NCBI RefSeq assembly: GCF_003367075.2
Contig: NZ_CP065936.1
Coordinates: 1,410,001-1,442,000 of the forward strand
DNA from: Cylindrospermopsis raciborskii Cr2010
GTDB lineage: Bacteria; Cyanobacteriota; Cyanobacteriia; Cyanobacteriales; Nostocaceae
Direction of reading: 5' to 3'
Length of the DNA: 32,000 nucleotides
Positions 24,640 through 32,000 of the stretch are shown here, piece after piece. The notes beneath the pieces are model-generated. The model was not told where the DNA came from. It saw only the letters and a list, made by a program, of their open reading frames with translations, and did no database searches. Position numbers and translations under genes: made by a program. Within the stretch, counting starts at the first letter, position 1, and the number at the start of each line of letters is the position of its first letter.

Positions 24640-24757
24640 TCCTGGTGTCTATGGTGCGGTGGAACCACACTGATCCCTTCCCGAACTCAGAGGTGAAACG
24701 CTGTTGCGGCGACGATAGTATGGGGGTTGCCCCATGTCAAAATAGCTCGATGCCAGG
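24640..24757 (+). rRNA. rrf: 5S ribosomal RNA
   Basis: tcctggtgtctatggtgcggtggaaccacactgatccc...ccgaactcagaggtgaaacg...ctcgatgccagg. Confidence 0.95.
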
Positions 24758-24770
24758 TTTATTATTACAT

Positions 24771-24805
24771 AACCGCTCATTCCACGTATTATGGAGTGAG
24801 CGGTT
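24771..24805 (+). terminator. Putative rrn operon terminator hairpin
   Basis: aaccgctcattcca-cgtatta-tggagtgagcggtt gives a 14-bp stem with one G.U-type pair, starting 14 nt after the 5S end, followed by T-rich tgattttga. Confidence 0.65.
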
Positions 24806-25887
24806 TGATTTTGACTCCAGCGATCGCCTATTTTTAAAAACATTTACCTTAATGTAAAACCCCACCGTTAATTATGGTGTACGTGAATTGGTTGTATTAT
24901 AGGGTGGGCGGTTTGATTTTACTTTCAAAACAGCGATCGCCCGTTTTTAAAAACATTTACCTTAATGTGGAACCCCACTGTTAATTATGGGCGGTTTGGT
25001 TTTACTTTCAAAACAGCGATCGCCCGGTTTTAAAAACATTTACCGTAGGTTGGGTTGAGGAACGAAACCCAACAAACCCCACTGTTAATTATGGGCAGTT
25101 TGGTTTTACTTCCAAAACAGCGATCGCCTATTTTTAAAAACATTTACCTTAATGTAAAACCCCACCGTTAATTATGGTGTACGTGAATTGGTTGTATTAT
25201 AGGGTGGGCGGTTTGATTTTACTTTCAAAACAGCGATCGCCTATTTTTAAAAACATTTACCTTAATGTGGAACCCCACTGTTAATTATGGGCGGTTTGGT
25301 TTTACTTCCAAAACAGCGATCGCCTATTTTTAAAAACATTTACCTTAATGTAAAACCCCACCGTTAATTATGGTGTACGTGAATTGGTTGTATTATAGGG
25401 TGGGCGGTTTGATTTTACTTTCAAAACAGCGATCGCCTATTTTTAAAAACATTTACCTTAATGTGGAACCCCACTGTTAATTATGGGCGGTTCGGTTTTA
25501 CTTTCAAAACAGCGATCGCCTATTTTTAAAAACATTTACCGTAGGTTGGGTTGAGGAACGAAACCCAACAAACCCCACTGTTAATTATGGGCGGTTTGGT
25601 TTTACTTTCAAAACAGCGATCGCCTATTTTTAAAAACATTTACCTTAATGCAAAACCCCACCGTTAGTTATAGTGTACATGAATTCATTGTATTACAGGA
25701 TGAGCAGTTTGATTTTACTTCCAAAACTGCGATCGCCTATTTTTAAAAACACTTGCCGTAGGTTGGGTTGAGGAACGAAACCCAACAAACCCCACCGTTA
25801 ATTATGGTGTACGTGAATTCGTTATATTATGGAGTGGGCGGTTTGATTTTGCTTCCAGCGATCGCTTGTTTTTAAAAACATTTACCT
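24799..25887. repeat. Modular tandem/higher-order repeat array with 11 core units, each carrying GCGATCGC
   Basis: GCGATCGC at 24820, 24933, 25016, 25120, 25233, 25316, 25429, 25512, 25616, 25729 and 25858. Core is gcggtttgRttttactttcaaaacagcgatcgcctatttttaaaaacatttacc. Confidence 0.95.
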
Positions 25888-25896
25888 TAGAAATAC

Positions 25897-26364
25897 TTAC
25901 TTAACTGGCAACAATTTTGTCACCTTGAGTTTAAAGCTACCAACTCCAGTTTCTCCAAAAGACCTCACTCTAATAATATATTTCCCAGTTTCAGTGATGC
26001 GGACAAATAACAGAGAATTACTGGTGCCATCTGGACCATCATCATTTTCCCCTACCGTCAAACCATTGGGACCTAAAAGTGTGATAATTGTATCGAAATT
26101 TTCCGAAGATGCATCAATTACTAGATTATCTCCCTTGTTCAGGTTGACTTGATAATCACGCGCAAATCCCCCTTGACCCGTGGGAATGTCCTTTAGAGTC
26201 AATTTATCTGTAATCTCCCCTTCTAGCTTTAATAGAATGGGATTATATATATTATCCCTATTTCCAGTTTGGGCGATCGCCTGATGAGAGTAAATAATTA
26301 TTGACAAAAAAGTTATGGGCAGAATAAGTACCTTTTTAAAAAGGGGTATATAGTAACTTTTCAT
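25897..26364 (-). CDS. Secreted pre-peptidase C-terminal (PPC)-like domain protein
   Basis: N-terminal signal segment to AIAQT; DYQVNLNKGDNLVIDASSENFDTIITLLGPNG...ENDDG...ITETGKYIIRVRSFGETGVGSFKLKV. Confidence 0.75.
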   Translation of the reverse strand: MKSYYIPLFKKVLILPITFLSIIIYSHQAIAQTGNRDNIYNPILLKLEGEITDKLTLKDIPTGQGGFARDYQVNLNKGDNLVIDASSENFDTIITLLGPNGLTVGENDDGPDGTSNSLLFVRITETGKYIIRVRSFGETGVGSFKLKVTKLLPVK

Positions 26365-26389
26365 AGTTTGTTAACAGGTTATGAATAAA

Positions 26390-27067
26390 TTATATATTTT
26401 GTGGATCATCCTTAATAGCTTTAGCTACAGTAGCCAAACCAATGACATTTATTCCATAAGCATCCAGGCTGTGTATAGCAGAATTAGCGGTTGCTCCTGT
26501 AGTGTAAATATCATCAATCAACAATATAGGTTTATTAGGATAGCGATTAAAAAAATCCTTACCCAAATCAAAAGCACCCATTAAGTTATTTTGCCTGTTA
26601 TCAGCTGATATTCCAAATTGCGGTTGTGTATGTTTAATTCTCATTAATCCATGGGGTTTTAACCTGAGCCCTGTCACGTCACAAAAACCTCTAGCAATAA
26701 GCTCAGATTGATTAAAACCTCGTATTTTCATTTTATCCGGGTGTAATGGTATGGGTACGATTACAGGAGCTTGATATTTACAGCTAGAATTTAACAACCA
26801 TGATCCTCCCAGGAGCTGGCCCAAAAAGAGTGCTATTTCTGGGCGGTTTTCATATTTCATCATCATAATAGCCCTTTTTAATATTCCCCCGTAGCTACCC
26901 CAAGCAAAAAGAGGTATGGGGGGTTGCCATGAGCAATTAGGGTCGTGTAAACAACTTTTTTGCAATTGTTGATTACAGTATGGACAAAATAAATTTGGTG
27001 TATTACGTTGGCAAAGAGGACAGGTATTCTGCAAAAAGAGATTCAGTAGACCTTTCAGCATAGTCAT
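26390..27067 (-). CDS. ComF family phosphoribosyltransferase-like protein
   Basis: N-terminal CPLCQRNTPNLFCPYC zinc motif; PIPLHPDKMKIRGFNQSELIARGF; PRTase motif ILLIDDIYTTGATANSA. Confidence 0.9.
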   Translation of the reverse strand: MTMLKGLLNLFLQNTCPLCQRNTPNLFCPYCNQQLQKSCLHDPNCSWQPPIPLFAWGSYGGILKRAIMMMKYENRPEIALFLGQLLGGSWLLNSSCKYQAPVIVPIPLHPDKMKIRGFNQSELIARGFCDVTGLRLKPHGLMRIKHTQPQFGISADNRQNNLMGAFDLGKDFFNRYPNKPILLIDDIYTTGATANSAIHSLDAYGINVIGLATVAKAIKDDPQNI

Positions 27068-27184
27068 TAGCCATCATCGATTTTATCCCTACCCTAGTGT
27101 AACACATAAAATATTTTCAACCCTCACTTTACCAAAAGGTCAGGTAAAACCTATAATTGTTAGCCATCATTAGTTTACGTACTT

Positions 27185-28765
27185 ATGTCTAAGGTTCTTG
27201 TTTCCGATCCAATTGATCAAGCTGGTATTGATATTCTCTCTCAAGTAGCTACAGTTGATGTCAAAACAGGCTTAAAACCAGCCGAATTAGTAGCAATCAT
27301 TGGTGAATATGACGCACTCATGATTCGTTCGGGAACCCGCGTTACAGAAGAAATTATCGAAGCTGGTACCCAATTAAAAATTATTGGTCGTGCTGGTGTA
27401 GGTGTGGATAATGTAGATGTGCCAACTGCCACCCGAAAGGGTATTGTAGTAGTCAATTCCCCTGAAGGAAATACCATTGCAGCAGCAGAACACACTCTGG
27501 CAATGATGTTATCCTTATCCCGTCATATTCCTGATGCTAATACCTCCCTAAAAAAGGGAGAATGGGATAGAAAAACCTTTGTTGGTGCAGAAATATATAA
27601 AAAGACTCTAGGTGTTGTTGGATTAGGAAAAATAGGCTCCCATGTAGCCCATGTGGCCAAAGCCATGGGCATGAAACTATTGGCCTACGATCCTTTTATT
27701 TCCACCGAGAGGGCCGAACAAATCGGTTGTCATCTGGTAGATCTAGACCTACTATTTCAACAAGCGGACTATATCACCCTACATATTCCCAAAACACCAG
27801 AAACAACTAACTTAATTAATGCTAAAACCCTAGGAAAAATGAAACCCACCACCCGCATCATTAACTGTGCTAGGGGTGGTATAATTGATGAGTTGGCCCT
27901 AGCGGATGCCATTAAAAACGGTAAAATCGCCGGTGCTGCACTAGACGTATTCCAGTCTGAACCCCTGGGAGATTCCCCCCTGCGATCGCTAGGCAAAGAA
28001 ATAATTCTTACGCCTCATTTAGGTGCATCTACTACAGAAGCTCAGGTAAACGTCTCCATAGACGTGGCGGAGCAAATTAGGGATGTATTATTAGGGCTAC
28101 CAGCTCGCTCAGCGGTAAACATTCCCGGATTAGGGCCTGACATTATAGAAGAGCTCAAACCCTATATGCAGTTAGCAGAAACCCTGGGTAATCTGGTAGG
28201 ACAATTAGCAGGTGGAAGAATAGAAACACTGAATGTTAAACTGCAAGGAGATCTGGCCACCAACAAAAGTCAACCCCTAGTAGTAGCAGCATTAAAAGGA
28301 CTACTATATCAAGCGTTAAGGGAACGGGTTAACTATGTTAATGCGACCATAGAAGCTAAAGAAAGAGGTATTAGAGTCATTGAGACTAGGGATGCTTCAG
28401 CCAGAGATTATGCGGGTTCATTACATTTAGAAGCTACAGGTACATTAGGAACTCATTCTGTCACCGGTGCTTTATTAGGAGAAAAGGAAATACACCTCAC
28501 AGATGTAGATGGGTTCCCCATTAACGTACCACCCAGCAAATATATGCTATTTACCCTGCACCGAGACATGCCAGGAATTATTGGCAAATTGGGTTCCTTA
28601 TTGGGGAGTTTCAATGTCAACATTGCCAGCATGCAAGTGGGGAGAAAAATTGTGCGAGGTGATGCGGTTATGGCTTTGAGTATTGATGACCCATTACCAG
28701 ATGGCATTCTGGAGGAAATTAAACAAGTTTCTGGAATTCGGGATGCTTATACAGTAACCCTATAG
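27185..28765 (+). CDS. serA: D-3-phosphoglycerate dehydrogenase
   Basis: VLVSDPIDQAGIDIL, GRAGVGVDNVDVPTATRKGIVVVNSP, GVVGLGKIGSHVA, C-terminal ACT domain GIIGKLGSLLGSFNVNIASMQVGR. Confidence 0.98.
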   Translation: MSKVLVSDPIDQAGIDILSQVATVDVKTGLKPAELVAIIGEYDALMIRSGTRVTEEIIEAGTQLKIIGRAGVGVDNVDVPTATRKGIVVVNSPEGNTIAAAEHTLAMMLSLSRHIPDANTSLKKGEWDRKTFVGAEIYKKTLGVVGLGKIGSHVAHVAKAMGMKLLAYDPFISTERAEQIGCHLVDLDLLFQQADYITLHIPKTPETTNLINAKTLGKMKPTTRIINCARGGIIDELALADAIKNGKIAGAALDVFQSEPLGDSPLRSLGKEIILTPHLGASTTEAQVNVSIDVAEQIRDVLLGLPARSAVNIPGLGPDIIEELKPYMQLAETLGNLVGQLAGGRIETLNVKLQGDLATNKSQPLVVAALKGLLYQALRERVNYVNATIEAKERGIRVIETRDASARDYAGSLHLEATGTLGTHSVTGALLGEKEIHLTDVDGFPINVPPSKYMLFTLHRDMPGIIGKLGSLLGSFNVNIASMQVGRKIVRGDAVMALSIDDPLPDGILEEIKQVSGIRDAYTVTL

Positions 28766-28795
28766 GTTCGGTTTGGGGAAGTGGGGGAATTGAGT

Positions 28796-29728
28796 ATGAA
28801 CACTACTAATAACCAAAACATAATGACAAATACCTGGTGGGAAATCCAAATTTTATGTACACCTGACCTGGAAGATTCTATCTTTTGGCGGTTGGAAACC
28901 TTCGGTTGTCGGGGCGTTGCTGTGGAAAAAAAGGATAGGTTTCTATTAATTAGAGCTTATCTCTCCACCTTACAGGCACAATTATCAGATCTTACTAACT
29001 TATCAACATTATTACATGAAGACTCAATAGCTATTGGTTTACCTACTCCCGAATTAAATTGGCATCAAATTAATGAAGAGGACTGGTCTACCAGTTGGAA
29101 GCAATATTGGCACCCTCAGGAAATAGGTAATCTGTTTTTGATTAATCCTGCATGGCTACCCATACCCCCATCCACATCCAGATTGGTTATCCGTCTTGAC
29201 CCGGGAGTAGCTTTCGGTACGGGAAATCACGCCACCACCCAATTGTGTCTGGAATCTTTAGAAAAATATTTAACTCAAAATAGCATTCATACTAGTATTA
29301 CTGCTCCCCAAGTAATTGCAGATATTGGCTGTGGTTCGGGTATTTTGGGCATAGGCGCACTTCTACTAGGTGCGAAAAAAGTCTATGGGGTAGATAATGA
29401 CCCTTTAGCAGTAGAATCGACTAATAGTAATTGTATTTTGAATCATCTCAATCCAGAAAAATTAACCTGTGCCCTAGGTAGTGTACATACCCTAACAGAA
29501 ATCCTCACTGAATCTCTAGATGGCATAGTTTGCAACATCTTAGCTGACGTAATTATTGAGTTAATTCCACAAATGACAGACCTGGTCAAATCCGGTTCCT
29601 GGGGGATATTTAGTGGTATTTTAGTAGAACAATCTCCATCCGTAATTACCACGTTGGAAAAAAACAATTGGGTAGTAGATAAAGTTTGGCAGCGTCAAGA
29701 ATGGTGTTGTTTAAATGCTAGAAGGTAA
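28796..29728 (+). CDS. prmA: Ribosomal protein L11 methyltransferase (start at ATG 28796 preferred over GTG 28781)
   Basis: [66 protein letters not shown]. Confidence 0.95.
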   Translation: MNTTNNQNIMTNTWWEIQILCTPDLEDSIFWRLETFGCRGVAVEKKDRFLLIRAYLSTLQAQLSDLTNLSTLLHEDSIAIGLPTPELNWHQINEEDWSTSWKQYWHPQEIGNLFLINPAWLPIPPSTSRLVIRLDPGVAFGTGNHATTQLCLESLEKYLTQNSIHTSITAPQVIADIGCGSGILGIGALLLGAKKVYGVDNDPLAVESTNSNCILNHLNPEKLTCALGSVHTLTEILTESLDGIVCNILADVIIELIPQMTDLVKSGSWGIFSGILVEQSPSVITTLEKNNWVVDKVWQRQEWCCLNARR

Positions 29729-29764
29729 TTAGAGGACCTAAGTCCCCCAATTATTTCCTAACTA

Positions 29765-30082
29765 TCAAATTAAAGTTTTTAAATGTTGAATTAATTGAGG
29801 TGCTTGTACCACACCCTCAATTTTATCAACTGGCTGACCATTTTTAAACAAGATGAGAGTTGGTAATGCTTCTATACGATATTGAGTAGCTAATTGAGAA
29901 TACTTCTCAGTATCGATTTTTACAACCCTTAGCTGACCTTGGAAATGAGTATTGACCTGCTCCAAGATGGGAGCCATCATTTGACATGGACCACACCATT
30001 CAGCGTAAAAATCCACCAGCACGGGTACATCGGATCCAGATAACATTTCTTCAAAGCTATTAAATTGTTTTTTAGTTGTCAT
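29765..30082 (-). CDS. Thioredoxin (start trimmed to the internal Met, MTTKKQF)
   Basis: FYAEWCGPCQMMAPILEQV, KIDTEKYSQLATQYRIEALPTLILFKNGQ. Confidence 0.93.
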   Translation of the reverse strand: MTTKKQFNSFEEMLSGSDVPVLVDFYAEWCGPCQMMAPILEQVNTHFQGQLRVVKIDTEKYSQLATQYRIEALPTLILFKNGQPVDKIEGVVQAPQLIQHLKTLI

Positions 30083-30181
30083 AACGGTACACACCTAACA
30101 GTTACTGCTTTCTCAATAGTAGTTGGCAACCAACAAAAATCAACCAAATCCTTGCTAGTTAGAGTTCTATCATAAGATATC

Positions 30182-31039
30182 CTAACGGAGGGAGTAGGGA
30201 ACAGAAAACTGCTCCACCAAGGGAGTATAACCCAACCATGGGGTTCCCGATTGAGAAAACTGTTGAGGAGACCCACTAACGACAAAACGAGTGGGCATAG
30301 GTAAAAGGCGATTTTTGATGTTTAGTATTTCTAACTCTCGCTGACAGACCCTAACAACATGAACTGCAGGATCTACCAGATGGATGTGATTTGGTATGAG
30401 AGTCTTTATTATAGGTTCAAGTAAAGGATAATGAGTACATCCATAGATTAAAGTATCTATTTCCTGTGCTAATAAAGGTTCTAAATAGGATTTAGCAACT
30501 GCAAGAGTGTAGGGGTCATGAAGGCGATTTTGTTCGATTAAGGGAACAAATTCAGGACAACTTACTTGCCATACCTGAACATTAACTTTAAGTTCCATTA
30601 TTGCCTGACGATAGGCATTACTTTTAGCTGTGGCAGGAGTAGCAATCACACCAATACGTTTACCCACATTTACAGCAAACTTAGTAGCAGGTGAAATCAT
30701 CCCCAAAATGGGGAATTTATATTCCAAACGAACCGTTTCCAAAGTGAGAGCGGAACTGGTGTTACAGGCCATAATCACCATTTTCACCCCTTGTTGTTCC
30801 ATCCAATTGAGTATTTCCCTGACATATCCTAAGATTTCTTTTTGGGAGCGGATACCATAGGGAAGATGGGCCGTATCCCCAAAATAAATAACCGACTCAT
30901 TGGGTAGTTGCTGATAAACCTGTCGCAGGACAGTTAACCCACCCACACCACTGTCAAACACACCAATGGGAGAGCAGCTGGGAATTTCCTGAATGGAAAA
31001 TGCTTGGGAATTACCTTCAAAAACGGGATATGAGTGCAT
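30182..31039 (-). CDS. murI: Glutamate racemase
   Basis: PIGVFDSGVGGLTVLRQV, YFGDTAHLPYG, MACNTSSA, LIYGCTHYPLL. Confidence 0.96.
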   Translation of the reverse strand: MHSYPVFEGNSQAFSIQEIPSCSPIGVFDSGVGGLTVLRQVYQQLPNESVIYFGDTAHLPYGIRSQKEILGYVREILNWMEQQGVKMVIMACNTSSALTLETVRLEYKFPILGMISPATKFAVNVGKRIGVIATPATAKSNAYRQAIMELKVNVQVWQVSCPEFVPLIEQNRLHDPYTLAVAKSYLEPLLAQEIDTLIYGCTHYPLLEPIIKTLIPNHIHLVDPAVHVVRVCQRELEILNIKNRLLPMPTRFVVSGSPQQFSQSGTPWLGYTPLVEQFSVPYSLR

Positions 31040-31076
31040 AGGGGAATGGGTTCAGGGACTACTATAGAATAATAGT

Positions 31077-32000
31077 TCATCTTTGTTTTAAATACTGGAG
31101 AATTCCCTGAGCAATGGCCTGGGCCATTTGATTTTGGTAGGTAGACCTTTGTAAATTAGCCACATCCTCTTCTCCCGTTAGATAACCAAGTTCTACCAAA
31201 ATCGAGGGTATAGAATTTTTTCTCAGAACATAAAACCTTGCCTTCCTTACTCTTCTGTCCCTGACATTGACATTTTGCAAAATTTTGTTGTGAACAGTTC
31301 GTGCTAAGTCTAAACCACTATCATAATAATAGGTTTCTAATCCGCTAACTTCAGGACGATTAAGACCTGCTGAGTTAGCATGAATACTAACAAATATATC
31401 AGCTCCAGTGCGCTGTGCCATTTCCACCCTTCCTGGAAGGGTGACAAAGTAGTCAGCATCTCTGGTTAATACGGTCTCTACGCCATTTTCTTGCAGAATT
31501 TTAGCAATTCTTAGGCTAATGGGCAAAATAATATCTTTTTCCTGCACTCCAGCAATCCCTATAGCTCCTGGATCTTTGCCACCATGTCCTGGATCAATCA
31601 TGACTAGCAATTTACCCTTGGGGGTAGTGCGACGAGGACGAGGTTGGGGATTGGTTTCTGGTTTGGCGTTGGGATCTGGTAAGTGATTACTTCCACCCTG
31701 ATCTAGGGGGGGTAAGCCAATTGGCGATCTTACCTGACTGGTCCTTTGGATTGGCAAAGACAACATTCCGTTGCTAGTTTGACCAAGTTGACCAATACGA
31801 ACTCCTGATGCTGGTTGTACTAGAATAATTACATTGTTTAACGTCCCAGACTGGACACGCACTCCCAATACTGGACTGTTAGGTGGTAGATTGACTCTGG
31901 AAGCTTGAGGTGCTAATTTGGCATTATTAATACTAATGCGAAACATGGCGGAACCTCTGTCCCAACCTGTAGTTACAGATGATTTCTGACCGCCTTTAAT
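31077..32000 (-). CDS. N-acetylmuramoyl-L-alanine amidase (AMIN + amidase_3), truncated by the window end
   Basis: MIDPGHGGKDPGAIG, ADIFVSIHANSA, ILVELGYLTG. The frame is open upstream of the track Met to position 32000 (IKGGQKSSVTTGWDRGSAMFRIS). Confidence 0.93.
   Translation of the reverse strand: MKGGQKSSVTTGWDRGSAMFRISINNAKLAPQASRVNLPPNSPVLGVRVQSGTLNNVIILVQPASGVRIGQLGQTSNGMLSLPIQRTSQVRSPIGLPPLDQGGSNHLPDPNAKPETNPQPRPRRTTPKGKLLVMIDPGHGGKDPGAIGIAGVQEKDIILPISLRIAKILQENGVETVLTRDADYFVTLPGRVEMAQRTGADIFVSIHANSAGLNRPEVSGLETYYYDSGLDLARTVHNKILQNVNVRDRRVRKARFYVLRKNSIPSILVELGYLTGEEDVANLQRSTYQNQMAQAIAQGILQYLKQR

Noticed and set aside
24799-25887. CRISPR array interpretation of the repeat array
   Set aside because: Unit lengths vary (83-129 bp), the intervening sequences are themselves repeated rather than unique spacers, and no cas genes are nearby.

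Overview
This 32 kb window looks like the chromosome of a cyanobacterium. Supporting signs are HIP1 octamers (GCGATCGC), petJ, hemJ, 4-Cys-prefix/DUF760-type proteins and cyanobacterial rRNA; a heterocystous/Nostocales origin is inferred, not proven. Most of it is housekeeping: cobO-like, PBP4/dacB-like, hemJ, NUDIX, group-2 sigma factor, carB, TonB-like protein, petJ (cytochrome c6), rpsN, tRNA-Thr(GGT), tRNA-Tyr(GTA), a CtpA-type protease, a complete 16S-23S-5S rRNA operon, a ComF-like gene, serA, prmA, a thioredoxin, murI and a truncated AMIN/amidase_3 gene. The strongest structural anomaly is a roughly 1.1 kb modular repeat array right after the rrn operon, starting at the putative rrn terminator hairpin. 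It has 11 copies of a core that each carry a perfect GCGATCGC, with spacings 113/83/104/113/83/113/83/104/113/129 bp. One module type in the array is a 33-nt palindromic element that is also found dispersed in the window. Other points of interest: a family of MITE-like repeats that abut stop codons in four other places; a TnpB (IS200/IS605 OrfB) relic with an apparently in-frame internal deletion, next to a perfect 8-bp-stem hairpin; a 4-Cys-prefix protein that keeps a kinase N-lobe but no catalytic lobe; a lone AAA-ATPase/PD-(D/E)XK-like fusion protein; and an 18-nt minisatellite inside the TonB-like gene. No CRISPR array and no complete defence or biosynthetic cluster was found.
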